From an uncultured Halobacteriales archaeon (GTDB lineage Archaea > Thermoplasmatota > E2 > JACPAO01), in contig CAYOZB010000002.1 in the NCBI GenBank assembly GCA_964408365.1, positions 1 to 56,716 on the forward strand: DNA of 56,716 nt, in the 5' to 3' direction. Below the pieces are notes generated by a model. The model saw nothing but the letters and a program-made list of their open reading frames with translations, was not told where the DNA came from and did no database searches. The position numbers were made by a program, and so were the translations under genes. Position 1 is the first letter of the stretch, and each line of letters begins with the position of its first letter. This document shows, one piece after another, positions 33,488 to 42,875 of this stretch.

Positions 33488-35647
33488 CTAGCCACGGCGT
33501 CGGCGAACCAGGAACGACACGACGATCGCCAGGAGCAGCAAGGCCGTGCCGAAGCCCGGGGTCGAGCCGTCCGTCGTCGCGGGGGACAAGCTTGCGGCCT
33601 CGTCCGGAATGTCGAGCACGTCCATCTCAATCACGGTGACACGGACGCGACCCAATGCGACCACGTTCTGGTCCTGCTGGCTTTGCGCGACGAGAAACAG
33701 CTCGGCGCGTTCACCAGCGACCGCGTCGTCGGGCGCGTTCACGATCAGGGAGACCTGCTTGGTCTCGTGCGCCGGGACTGTGATCTCGCTGCCTTCGTGG
33801 ACGCGGGCCCAGGCAGTGTTGATCCCTTCCGCGAGAAGGCTCATCGTGTGCGCTGCTTCGCCCGAATTCGTCACGTCGAACCGGAACACCGAGCCGCGGC
33901 CCGGGTTGACGCGCTTATCATACGGATCGAGCGCCTCGAGCGACACCGTTCCGACATTGAGGAACGTCTGGTCGACCGGATCATGGTACTCGTGCAAGGG
34001 AAGCGTCAGGAGAGATTCCGCCGGGTTCAACTCCGCCGTTGGCGGTTGCCCGACGTAGAGCATGCTCTGCGGCGTGTTGGTCACCAGCGTCACGCGTAAC
34101 TCGAGGAAGCTACCGACTTGGTGCGGGATCAGGTCAGCCGTAGCGTTCGGCACGAGTTCGACTGCAAACGCGTTCGGACCATTGGCGACGAGCGTGCGCG
34201 GGACGCTCTGTCCCGTCATGAGCCAGACCAGACTTCCGGGCCCAGACCTTCCGCACTCCGTCGTCTCTTCGCCCGGGATTGTGCCGCTCGGATCGCAATA
34301 CACGACCTCGACTGACATTTCTGCGGTCGTCGCCGGCGCCGTCGAGAGGAGCTCCGTTACGAAGGAACCCCGCCTGGAGATGTCCGGGTCCAATCCGATT
34401 TGCAAACCGGGATCCAGGCGGAACCACCATTCCGTTTCCGTGGGCATGGGCGCGCTGATTTCGTCCCGATCGGCCGACACGGTCCGCCCGGGCACCGGCT
34501 CGTCGGTGGCGCGCGGATTCGGATCGTCCGGCACCGCGTTCATCCACGCCGCCACGACACCGAGGGCCTCGTCGAAGGGCACGCCCCTGACTTCGCCGTT
34601 CCGCGCATAGGAGTGGATCCACAAGCGGTCATGGTGACCGGCAGGCTGCGGAATGTCCAGCCACGAAACGCCGAGTTCGATCTCCGCCCATTGACGCGCA
34701 TCATCGATGGACTGTGCCCGCACTCGAAAGAATTCCGTCTTTGCGTGTTCGTGCGCAAACTCCATCGACAGGATGACGGGCACCCGGACGGACGAATCGG
34801 CGGGGACATGCATGCGCTCCGGCAACCGGACCGCCCAGCCCGGGTTGTCCTCGATGGCGGTGAGCGTGATCACGCGGTCCACGTCACCCTCGTTGCCCAG
34901 CTCGACGTTGAAGACCATCGTCGTCGACTCGCCATTGCTCGCCCGGACCGGGACGTCCGTGCGTAGGAACAGATCGCCCCCGCGTTCGCTCGCTCCGCGT
35001 CGGAACCGGAAATCCTCGGCCGACTCGGCGTCCGGGGCCCGGTCCAGCGCAAAACCAAAGCCTGTGAGTTGACGTGCGACGACGAAGAACCCAGTGAGTA
35101 CGTCGCCCACCTGAGGCTCCAGGAACGCTGCCGAATGCAGCACGTTCTTCGGCACGAAGACCCGTGCGATGGCAAGTTCCGGCTCCACCTCGATGTCAAG
35201 GCATTCGTCGTCGGGCGTCAAACTGGTGCCATAGCCGGGTCCGAACGCGGACGTGCCGGGGGGACACCGGTGGCCGTCGAGCCCCGGTCCGTGGCTGATG
35301 ACGTAGGAAACGTTTCCAAACACGAAGACAGCTTGCACGAACCGGGACGTCGCGCCCTCCGTATCGAACGGATCCGACCACGTCTGGAGTTGGTAGCCGA
35401 CCTCAAACTCCGTCACGGTCTCATTCGAGATCCAGGCGTTCAGCACGTCGACATGCGGATGCGCATCCGCGACCGGCCCCAGGGCGACGTTTGATTGGTT
35501 GTACTCCACGTCGTCTCGCGCGTCTTCGATCCTGACCTCGCCGTCAAGGCCTTCCGAATGTTGCGCGGCAAGTCCGATCGAAAACGCCATCAGGACGACA
35601 AAAAAGCTCGACAGAACAGCCGGCGCGGCCTGAGAACGGACGGCCAT
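33488..35647 (-). CDS. large cell-surface protein with PGF-CTERM sorting signal
   Basis: ATG at 35647 gives MAVRSQAAPAVLSSFFVVLMAFSIGLAAQ (signal peptide). 719 aa. Ends ...TTDGSTPGFGTALLLLAIVVSFLVRRRRG. The 390-codon upstream extension of the ORF overlaps the pfkB-type gene and is discounted. Confidence 0.75.
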   Translation of the reverse strand: MAVRSQAAPAVLSSFFVVLMAFSIGLAAQHSEGLDGEVRIEDARDDVEYNQSNVALGPVADAHPHVDVLNAWISNETVTEFEVGYQLQTWSDPFDTEGATSRFVQAVFVFGNVSYVISHGPGLDGHRCPPGTSAFGPGYGTSLTPDDECLDIEVEPELAIARVFVPKNVLHSAAFLEPQVGDVLTGFFVVARQLTGFGFALDRAPDAESAEDFRFRRGASERGGDLFLRTDVPVRASNGESTTMVFNVELGNEGDVDRVITLTAIEDNPGWAVRLPERMHVPADSSVRVPVILSMEFAHEHAKTEFFRVRAQSIDDARQWAEIELGVSWLDIPQPAGHHDRLWIHSYARNGEVRGVPFDEALGVVAAWMNAVPDDPNPRATDEPVPGRTVSADRDEISAPMPTETEWWFRLDPGLQIGLDPDISRRGSFVTELLSTAPATTAEMSVEVVYCDPSGTIPGEETTECGRSGPGSLVWLMTGQSVPRTLVANGPNAFAVELVPNATADLIPHQVGSFLELRVTLVTNTPQSMLYVGQPPTAELNPAESLLTLPLHEYHDPVDQTFLNVGTVSLEALDPYDKRVNPGRGSVFRFDVTNSGEAAHTMSLLAEGINTAWARVHEGSEITVPAHETKQVSLIVNAPDDAVAGERAELFLVAQSQQDQNVVALGRVRVTVIEMDVLDIPDEAASLSPATTDGSTPGFGTALLLLAIVVSFLVRRRRG

Positions 35648-35763
35648 GGTTCGATGAACTTTCACGAGCCTCTTGAACGTTGTGGAGGCCCGGTGAAAAA
35701 CGTCATCGCCGACGTCGAAGCGGCCGCCAAGCGGTCGCTGCCCTTGGCCAACCCGCAGCGTCT

Positions 35764-36834
35764 TCAGTTCGCGAGTTCTTTCGGCGTCGGCGGCAACCCT
35801 GTGGCTCCAGTCACGTACTTGGTAGCGACGGTATGCGCGAACGCGATCCGTTCCTTCGCGTCCCACCCCAACAAGTAGCCACTGAGGTTGCCCGCGTTCC
35901 ACGCGTCCCCCGCGCCGGTGAGTCGTTTCGGCTGGTCCGGCAACGCCGGAACCTTGACCAGGCGCCCTTCGTGGATCGACGCCGCCCAGCCGCGGGTGTG
36001 AACGTCGAGGTGTCCTTTGATGCGTGTGGACAATTCCTTCGCGACCGTCAAGAGGGGCCCTTTCTTGTCTCCGGAAAAGGCGCGCACTTCGTTCTCGTTG
36101 AGCCCCCACGCGTCGATGTGGTCCCAGACTTTGCGTTGACGGATCAGGTCGCTCGCAGCGGCGGGCCCACGGTGGCGCGGATCGCCGGTGTCCGTGTACA
36201 CGAACGCGTTGTTCTTCTGCGCCCGGTTCGCGACGGCTTTGAGCAGGTCGGTGCCTTGGAAATTCTGCGCCCAGTTCACGATCACCACCGCGTCGGCTTC
36301 GTCGATCAGTTTCCAGTGGTGACGTCGGAGTTTCTTGGGACCAAAATCGTGGAGCGGCCCCGAATGGCTCAGCATCAGGTTCGCTCCCTCGAACTCGAGC
36401 GCGAGCGTCGCCGACGCCACAGTTCCCACCTCGACGGCTTCGATGTTGAGGTTGATGCCCTTCGCAGCGCGCTCGAGGAAAAACCGTCCCAACGCGTCCG
36501 TTTTGGTGATCAGGTCGACCTTCGCGCCCAGCCGTGCCAAGGCGATCGCCATGTTGGCCGCGTTGCCGCCGAGCTTGAACTCCACCGGGCCGACCGGGAT
36601 GTTGCCGCCGCCGTTCGCGATGACCTTCGCCATCTGCGGGAACATTTTCTTCCAAGGCGGCAACCGCAACAAGGCATCGATGTACGCGTCGGGCAACACG
36701 ACGACGCGCTTGCGGGAGAGGCTTGCGAGGGAGGACGGCACGTTGGCGGCGCATCGAGCGCGCCTCTTTTGGGTTTTGGCGGACGAAACCGCGACCGGCC
36801 CCACGGCCAAGGACCAAATACGGGGCCTTTCCAT
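35764..36834 (-). CDS. PfkB-family carbohydrate/nucleoside kinase
   Basis: GGNAANMAIALARLG near the N-terminus and TGAGDAWNAG near the C-terminus. ATG at 36834; an alternative GTG at 36741 is closer to the conserved core. Confidence 0.8.
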   Translation of the reverse strand: MERPRIWSLAVGPVAVSSAKTQKRRARCAANVPSSLASLSRKRVVVLPDAYIDALLRLPPWKKMFPQMAKVIANGGGNIPVGPVEFKLGGNAANMAIALARLGAKVDLITKTDALGRFFLERAAKGINLNIEAVEVGTVASATLALEFEGANLMLSHSGPLHDFGPKKLRRHHWKLIDEADAVVIVNWAQNFQGTDLLKAVANRAQKNNAFVYTDTGDPRHRGPAAASDLIRQRKVWDHIDAWGLNENEVRAFSGDKKGPLLTVAKELSTRIKGHLDVHTRGWAASIHEGRLVKVPALPDQPKRLTGAGDAWNAGNLSGYLLGWDAKERIAFAHTVATKYVTGATGLPPTPKELAN

Positions 36835-36843
36835 GGTCACAAT

Positions 36844-37968
36844 GTGGGTTGGGAGTGGTCCCTCGTAGGGGCGCTCGGCGTCGGCGTCGGTCTCCTGTTC
36901 TGGGCCCTGGCGCTGTTCGTCTTTCTTGCGGCCCCCAGCCGACGTTTGAACAAGATCCTCGGCCTGACCTTCTTCTGCAACGGCGTCAACGCCGGTTGCG
37001 GATCCGGACTCATGTACCTCGTGAGCGAATACCAGTATGGGTTCGCGTTCCAGATCGTCGCCTACGCCGCTTTCATCGGATCCATCGCACTCTATTCCGT
37101 CTTCCTGGGCATGGCACTCAACACACCCCTCGTTGCGCCCTTTCGCACGCGCGTCTGGAAGATCGGGATGATTGGCGCCGTTGTGGTCGCAGAGACCCTT
37201 CTCCTCACGCGGACGTCGTGGTTCAGCAGAGGCCTGTACGACCCAGGGTACGGCACATGGGAAAACAGCGGCGGTCCCGGTTCCAGCGCACTCTTTTACA
37301 CGTACGGCGGGCTGGCCGTGATCGGGCTCGTGGCAGCCTTCCACACATTCGTTCGCGCGGAACCCGGAACGGCCGCGCGATACAAGGCCCGACTCTACGC
37401 CGTCGCCTTCGCGACCATGGACGTTCCGTTGATCGCCTACTCGTTCCTCCCTTTCGTCCTCTCAGACGAACAGTTCCCGATCCTCCTCTACGGCGTCTAC
37501 GCCTCCTTGTCGGTGTTTCCCCTGCTCCTCGCATACGCCATCCTGCGCGGCCAACTCTTCGACCTGGACATTCGCCTAAAGACGACCCTGCGACGCGGCG
37601 TCCTCGCGTCCGGCTTCCCACTCGCGTACCTTGTTTTCTCCCAGATCGGCGAGAACATCCTCAACCGCGAACTCGGGATCCTCGCAGGCGGGATCGCCGC
37701 GGCCCTCCTTCTCTTGCTATTGGCGCCCTTGCAACGATTTTCGCACCGGGTCGCCGACGCCGCCATACCGGGTGTGAAGGACACACAACAGTACCAGGTC
37801 TTCCGGAAAATGGAAGTCTACAAGGACACGCTGGAATCGTTCCTCGTCGACGGGACACTCTCCGAACGGGAACGAACGGCCCTCGACCGGCTACGCGTGA
37901 AGCTCGGTCTCCAGCCAGGTGCGGTGGCGCAGCTGGAAGCCGACGTTCGGACCGGCGTCAGCGCGTAA
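36844..37968 (+). CDS. 7-TM receptor-like membrane protein with helical cytoplasmic tail, no output domain
   Basis: GTG at 36844 is the first start clear of the antisense kinase gene. Seven hydrophobic spans followed by AYAILRGQLFDLDIR, as seen after 7TM sensor modules. Tail SERERTALDRLRVKLGL. Confidence 0.6.
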   Translation: MGWEWSLVGALGVGVGLLFWALALFVFLAAPSRRLNKILGLTFFCNGVNAGCGSGLMYLVSEYQYGFAFQIVAYAAFIGSIALYSVFLGMALNTPLVAPFRTRVWKIGMIGAVVVAETLLLTRTSWFSRGLYDPGYGTWENSGGPGSSALFYTYGGLAVIGLVAAFHTFVRAEPGTAARYKARLYAVAFATMDVPLIAYSFLPFVLSDEQFPILLYGVYASLSVFPLLLAYAILRGQLFDLDIRLKTTLRRGVLASGFPLAYLVFSQIGENILNRELGILAGGIAAALLLLLLAPLQRFSHRVADAAIPGVKDTQQYQVFRKMEVYKDTLESFLVDGTLSERERTALDRLRVKLGLQPGAVAQLEADVRTGVSA

Positions 37969-37973
37969 CGCGC

Positions 37974-39146
37974 TTAGAGCACGAAGTCGACGCCGATCTT
38001 CTGTCCCGCCACGGGGCGGACCTTTGCGGGTCCCAGGATCTGCCGGGAACGCACGCCAACGACGACGACCATGGCGCGGATCGTGCGGTCGAGCGACGGG
38101 TCGACGCTCGTGCCCCAGATGATGCGCGCGTCCGGGTTGATCCGGTGGTGGATCTCCTCGACGACCCGTTCGGATTCGGAGAGCGTCATGTCCCCGCCGC
38201 CGATCACGTTCACCAAGGCGCCGGTGGCGTTCGTGATGTCGACGTCAAGGAGCGGTGAGTTGAGGGCTTGCAACACGGCTTCCTGAGCGCGGTTCTCGGT
38301 GTCGGATTCCCCGAGGCCGATCATGGCGACGCCGCCGTGACGCATGATGGTGCGAAGATCGGCAAAGTCGAGGTTGACCAAGCCGGGCTTGGTGATGAGT
38401 TCGGTGATGCCTTTGATCGCGCGCATGAGGAGTTCGTCAGCGACCTTGAAGGCAGCGGCCAGCGGGAGCCGTGGTGCGAGTTGGAGCAGTTTGTCGTTCG
38501 GGATCACGATGACCGTGTCGGCGGCCTCGCGCAGTTTCGCCAAACCGGTCTCCGCGTTCTTCATGCGTACCGCGCCTTCGACGCTGAAAGGTAGGGTGGC
38601 GACGACGATCGTCAACGCGCCGAGTTCTTTCGCCACTTTGGCGACGACGGGCGCGGAACCGGTGCCCGTTCCTCCACCGAGCCCGCAGGTGATGAACACC
38701 ATGTCGGCGCCTTGGAGGCTTTTCTTGATGTCCTCGATCGACTCCATGGCGGCTTCCTCCCCAATCTGGGGCAGGCTTCCGGCGCCGAGTCCTCTCGTCG
38801 TGTGACGTCCGAGGAGGATCTTGCGCGGCGAACGGATCATGAGCAAGTGCTGCGCGTCGGTGTTGCAGGCGACGAAGTCGACGTTCTCGATGCCGGCTTC
38901 GACGCAACGGTTGATGGTGTTGGTGCCGCCTCCGCCGCAACCGATGACCTTGATCTTGGTCGTCAATTGGCCGAGGGCTTTCACGAGTTCTTGGTCGTCT
39001 TGAGAAGCGAACGCGACGACGGGTTTCTTGCCGACGGCGATCATGGGCGCGACGACCTGCGCCACGCCTTTGGGTGCTGGCGCAAGCTTGCGGGCAGAGT
39101 TCTCTTGTGCGGCGCGGGCGACGGCTTCCCGAATAATGTCCTTCAT
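37974..39146 (-). CDS. ftsZ: cell division GTPase FtsZ
   Basis: [12 protein letters not shown] and [15 protein letters not shown] tubulin signature. 390 aa. Confidence 0.95.
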   Translation of the reverse strand: MKDIIREAVARAAQENSARKLAPAPKGVAQVVAPMIAVGKKPVVAFASQDDQELVKALGQLTTKIKVIGCGGGGTNTINRCVEAGIENVDFVACNTDAQHLLMIRSPRKILLGRHTTRGLGAGSLPQIGEEAAMESIEDIKKSLQGADMVFITCGLGGGTGTGSAPVVAKVAKELGALTIVVATLPFSVEGAVRMKNAETGLAKLREAADTVIVIPNDKLLQLAPRLPLAAAFKVADELLMRAIKGITELITKPGLVNLDFADLRTIMRHGGVAMIGLGESDTENRAQEAVLQALNSPLLDVDITNATGALVNVIGGGDMTLSESERVVEEIHHRINPDARIIWGTSVDPSLDRTIRAMVVVVGVRSRQILGPAKVRPVAGQKIGVDFVL

Positions 39147-39244
39147 TGGCTCCCGCTCCTAGCCCGTACGCTTGGTGAGTGCATCCGTCTCCTGACAGGC
39201 CGAAAGAGCGTATTTCAAGATGTCGAAACGATTCCGCGGACTCG

Positions 39245-39535
39245 ATGGGAGTCTCGACTGCGAAGATCCGCCGGCACGTGTTCATCAAGGGCCGCGTCCA
39301 GGGCGTCAACTTCCGGAACGCCACCAAACAGGAAGCCGACCAGCTGGGGATCGTCGGTTGGGTGAAGAACATCGAGGACGGCCGTGTCGAAGCCATGTTC
39401 GAGGGGACGCCGGATGCAATCCAACGGATGATCGAATGGTGCAAACGGGGCCCGCCCGCGGCGCAGGTCGAAGAAGTCCGCGTTGCACCCGAATCGGCCG
39501 CGAGCGTGTTGATCCGGTTCCAAGTCCTGCGGTAA
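39245..39535 (+). CDS. acyP: acylphosphatase
   Basis: ATG at 39245. VFIKGRVQGVNFRN...GWVKNIEDGRVEAMFEG. TATTTCAA box at 39211-39218. Confidence 0.85.
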   Translation: MGVSTAKIRRHVFIKGRVQGVNFRNATKQEADQLGIVGWVKNIEDGRVEAMFEGTPDAIQRMIEWCKRGPPAAQVEEVRVAPESAASVLIRFQVLR

Positions 39536-39566
39536 ATTTATCAAGTATAGTATACCATAGTATATT
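39534..39566 (+). promoter_or_regulatory. AT-rich vapBC promoter/operator with 10-bp-phased direct repeats
   Basis: AAATTTATCAAGTATAGTATACCATAGTATATT lies immediately before the GTG at 39567. ATAGTATA occurs at 39547-39554 and again at 39557-39564. Confidence 0.35.
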
Positions 39567-39812
39567 GTGACCCGTCCGGTGACACTCAGCGAAGACGCCT
39601 TTGCGGCGCTCCAGAAGGAGAAGAAGAACGGCGAGAGCAGCAGCGACGTGATTCTTCGTTTAATCCGAAACTCACCGGAACGTCGCGATCCAACGTTCTT
39701 CCTGCGAGCGAGAATTCGACGCAGGATCTCGATCGAAGAACATCAGCGGTTGCTGGACGAGATGCGGAAATTAGACACCCCGAAGGCACGGAACATCGAT
39801 GCCCGTCATTGA
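39567..39812 (+). CDS. vapB: VapB-type antitoxin
   Basis: MTRPVTLSEDAFAALQKEKKNGESSSDVILRLI fits the short archaeal antitoxin N-terminal pattern. Overlaps the PIN gene by 14 nt. Confidence 0.6.
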   Translation: MTRPVTLSEDAFAALQKEKKNGESSSDVILRLIRNSPERRDPTFFLRARIRRRISIEEHQRLLDEMRKLDTPKARNIDARH

Positions 39813-40209
39813 TGCATCATTTCTGCTCGACCTCGAGCATGGTCGCCCCGACGCGCATCGCACGTTGAAGGCGTATCCCGAAGAAGAGTGGATCGTGCCT
39901 TACCAGGCAGCTCTCGAATACCTCGTCGGAGTCGACGACACGATTCCCGCAATGCGAGCCCTGGAAAGTGGGTACCGAATCGTTCACTCCAATCGCGAAA
40001 TCTTGTTGGAGGCTGCACGACTGTTCATTGTTAGCGAACGAAAAGGCCGACGACCGTCCTGGTCCGACCTTCACATCGCTGCGGTCGCGGCGCTCCTCCA
40101 AATGCCCATCGTGACGGCCGATGCGCGCGCGTTCGGATCCATGGAAATCCAGACGCACCTCTATCGCGACGAGAAAGAATCATCCAAGAAACCGCACAAA
40201 AGCGTTTAA
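39799..40209 (+). CDS. vapC: PIN-domain ribonuclease toxin VapC
   Basis: MPVIDASFLLDLE (first acidic residue), SWSDLHIAA, IVTADARAF. 136 aa. Confidence 0.8.
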   Translation: MPVIDASFLLDLEHGRPDAHRTLKAYPEEEWIVPYQAALEYLVGVDDTIPAMRALESGYRIVHSNREILLEAARLFIVSERKGRRPSWSDLHIAAVAALLQMPIVTADARAFGSMEIQTHLYRDEKESSKKPHKSV

Positions 40210-40245
40210 CGCGGCCTCCTGCTGCGACCAAACGGGGAGCACACG

Positions 40246-41634
40246 TTGGGCCTCGTTTGTCCGCTTGAATTCCGTTACGGCCGGAAAGAGATGAAGGAAC
40301 TCTTCTCCGAAGACGCACGACTCCGCTACGTCCTTCGCGTCGAAGCCGCCTTGGCCCGCGCCCAGGCGAAGGTCGGGAACATCCCCGGCGCCCACGCCTC
40401 GGAGATCACCCGCAAAGCCACCCTCGAATTCGTGAAACTAAAACGGGTCAAAGCCATCGAGAAAGAGATCCGCCACGACCTCATGGCAATCGTCAAAGCC
40501 CTCGCGGAGCAATGCAAAACGGGCGGCGGCTCGGTCCATCGGGGCGCAACCAGCTACGACATGATCGACACCGGTATCGCGCTCCAGATCGGCGACGGCC
40601 TCGATCTCGTCGAAGACCGGCTGCGCGTCCTCCTCAAGGCCCTCCTGGGGCTCGCGAAGAAACACAAGAATACGGTGATGCTCGGGCGCACCCACGGCCA
40701 GGCCGCAATCCCGATGACGTTCGGGTTCAAGATGATCGTCTTCGCGGCCGAGGTCGCCCGGCACCTGGATCGGGCCGAAGAAGTGCGCGAACGCGCGGTT
40801 GTCGGCAAGATGAGCGGCGCCGTCGGCACCGGTGCCGGCTTCGGCAAACACGCGTCCAAGATCCAATCGCTCGTCATGGCCGACCTCCAGATCGGCATGG
40901 AACCGGCGGCCACGCAGATCGTCCAACGCGACCGGTACGTCGACCTCATCGGATTCTGCGCGAACATCGCCACGTCGATGGAAAAATTCGCCACCGAGAT
41001 CAGGAACCTGCAACGCACAGAACTCTGGGAAGCCGCCGAATACTACGATACAAAAAAACAAGTCGGCAGCTCGACCATGGCGCAGAAACAGAACCCGACC
41101 ATCTCGGAGCAAGTGAGCGGCTTGGCGCGACTCGTGCGGGCGAACATCATCCCCACGATGGAGAACGCGATCCAGTGGCACGAGCGGGACCTCGCCAACA
41201 GCGCGAGCGAGCGGTTCATCCTGCCCCACACCATGATCCTCACCGACTGGATCATCCACCAGATGGCGAACGTGTTCGAGGGCCTCCGGGTCTTCCCGGA
41301 GCGCATGCGCGAGAACCTTGACCGCACGGGCGGCATGGTGATGGCCGAGCCCGTCCTTTTGGCGCTCACCGAGAAGGGGATGAACCGTCAAGACGCGCAC
41401 GAGCATGTGCGGTTGCTCGCAGCCCAGGCGCATGAGACGAAGGCGACCCTAAGTTCAATCGGCGCCAAGGACCCCCTCATCGCGAAGTACCTCAGTGCGA
41501 AAGAGTTCCGCAAGGTCGTCGACCCCGCGGGCTACGTGGGCCAAGCACCGAACGTCGTTGCGCAGCTCATTCGGGCGCTTACCCCGAAGACGCGAACACC
41601 CGCGACGCTGCGGCAACGCCGGCGCCGGGCGTAA
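40246..41634 (+). CDS. purB: adenylosuccinate lyase
   Basis: PLEFRYGRKEMKELFS N-terminus, fumarate-lyase signature GSSTMAQKQNP. TTG start assumed. Confidence 0.9.
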   Translation: MGLVCPLEFRYGRKEMKELFSEDARLRYVLRVEAALARAQAKVGNIPGAHASEITRKATLEFVKLKRVKAIEKEIRHDLMAIVKALAEQCKTGGGSVHRGATSYDMIDTGIALQIGDGLDLVEDRLRVLLKALLGLAKKHKNTVMLGRTHGQAAIPMTFGFKMIVFAAEVARHLDRAEEVRERAVVGKMSGAVGTGAGFGKHASKIQSLVMADLQIGMEPAATQIVQRDRYVDLIGFCANIATSMEKFATEIRNLQRTELWEAAEYYDTKKQVGSSTMAQKQNPTISEQVSGLARLVRANIIPTMENAIQWHERDLANSASERFILPHTMILTDWIIHQMANVFEGLRVFPERMRENLDRTGGMVMAEPVLLALTEKGMNRQDAHEHVRLLAAQAHETKATLSSIGAKDPLIAKYLSAKEFRKVVDPAGYVGQAPNVVAQLIRALTPKTRTPATLRQRRRRA

Positions 41635-42727
41635 ACGGGTGCTGGGCTCGGACCAAGAGATCCTCCAACGCGGCGACGAGGGTCAGGATCTCGCGCGGCT
41701 GCGCGAAGCCCATGTGACCGACGCGGAAGATTTTGCCTTTCAACTCGCCCTGGCCGCCCGCGACGACGATGCCGTGTTCCTTGCGCAACGCTTCGCGGAT
41801 CTGCGCGTCGCTGACCGCGGGGGGATTCCGCACCGCGGTGATCGTCGGCGACGAGATGGACGCGTCCGGGAGGAGCATCAGGTTGAGCCCGTTACACGCG
41901 GCGCGGAAGGCCTTCGCCATCTTTGCGGTGCGTTCGATCCGCTTCTCGCGGGTCTCTTCGACGAGCATGTCGAGAGCTTCCGCGGTCGCAAAAAACAAAT
42001 GCGTGGCGGGGGTGAACGGCGTCTCATCGTCCTTCCACTTGTCAAAATGCGCCTTGAGGTCCAGGTACATGCTGGGAGAACGGAGTTCCCCGTACGCCTC
42101 ATCCGAACACGCCACGAAGCAGAGGCCAGGCGGAGCCCCGAGGCATTTTTGTGAACCCACGATGGCGATGTCGATGCCCAACTTGTCGACGTCGACATCC
42201 ATCCCGCCGAACGCGGTGACCCCGTCCGCGATGAAGTACACATTGTATTTCCTCGCCAAGTCCGCGAGTTTGTCGACCGGGTTCACGACGCCGGAACTTG
42301 ACTCGTTGATCACTGCGGCGAGCGCCTTGACGTTGCCCTTTGCCAGCGCTGCCTCGATGGCCACAAGGTCCAACGGCGCACCCATGGGCGTGGCGATGAC
42401 CGTCGTGCCCTCAGGGCAGTACCGCTTGGCGAGTTCCGCGAACCGTTCACCGAACTTCCCGTTCTGCGCGACGACGATCTTCTCCATCGGACGCATCAGG
42501 TTCGAGATCGCCGCTTCCATGCCCGCAGACGCCGATGCGGTGAGGATCGTGACGCGACCCTTGGTCTGGAAAAAGTATTGCAGGCCTTTCGTGAGGTTCC
42601 GTAACACGTTCTTGAAATCTCCCGACCGGTGCGCGACCGCGGGGACCATCATCGAACGCAAGATCCGGGGGTGTATCTTCACAGGCCCCGGCAACAAGAA
42701 CACGTTATCTTCGACGTCGAACGGCAC
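41579..42727 (-). CDS. class V pyridoxal-phosphate aminotransferase (serine-glyoxylate/alanine-glyoxylate type)
   Basis: LLPGPVKIHPRIL N-terminus, PLP-lysine context GSQKCLGAPPGL. 382 aa. 3' end overlaps the purB 3' end by 56 nt. Confidence 0.85.
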   Translation of the reverse strand: MPFDVEDNVFLLPGPVKIHPRILRSMMVPAVAHRSGDFKNVLRNLTKGLQYFFQTKGRVTILTASASAGMEAAISNLMRPMEKIVVAQNGKFGERFAELAKRYCPEGTTVIATPMGAPLDLVAIEAALAKGNVKALAAVINESSSGVVNPVDKLADLARKYNVYFIADGVTAFGGMDVDVDKLGIDIAIVGSQKCLGAPPGLCFVACSDEAYGELRSPSMYLDLKAHFDKWKDDETPFTPATHLFFATAEALDMLVEETREKRIERTAKMAKAFRAACNGLNLMLLPDASISSPTITAVRNPPAVSDAQIREALRKEHGIVVAGGQGELKGKIFRVGHMGFAQPREILTLVAALEDLLVRAQHPFTPGAGVAAASRVFASSG

Positions 42728-42875
42728 CTAAGCTCCCCTCGCTGGTCCGCGCCAAGCAAAGGCTCGGCAATAGAGGTTTGCGGGCCTCTTCCGGTGGAGT
42801 AACCGAGCCGTTTTGGGGCCCCTGCGCGGGCGCAGCCCAAACCCATTTAACAGGAGAGTTTGTCGCCGCGACCTG

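Noticed and set aside
35648-36817. 390-codon N-terminal extension of the PGF-CTERM protein ORF (33488-36817), and the N-terminal 388 codons of the plus-strand ORF 35680-37968.
   Set aside because: Both overlap the PfkB-family kinase gene (clear GGNAAN and TGAGD motifs) in other frames and are Arg-rich nonsense. Internal starts give a proper signal peptide (ATG 35647) or a first TM helix (GTG 36844).
41579-41634. 56-nt convergent overlap of the purB and aminotransferase 3' ends, considered as a possible antisense regulatory feature or fused mis-assembly.
   Set aside because: Both tails (…TPATLRQRRRRA and …GAGVAAASRVFASSG) are non-conserved-looking extensions. In GC-rich DNA late stop codons are common, so the overlap most likely has no special function.
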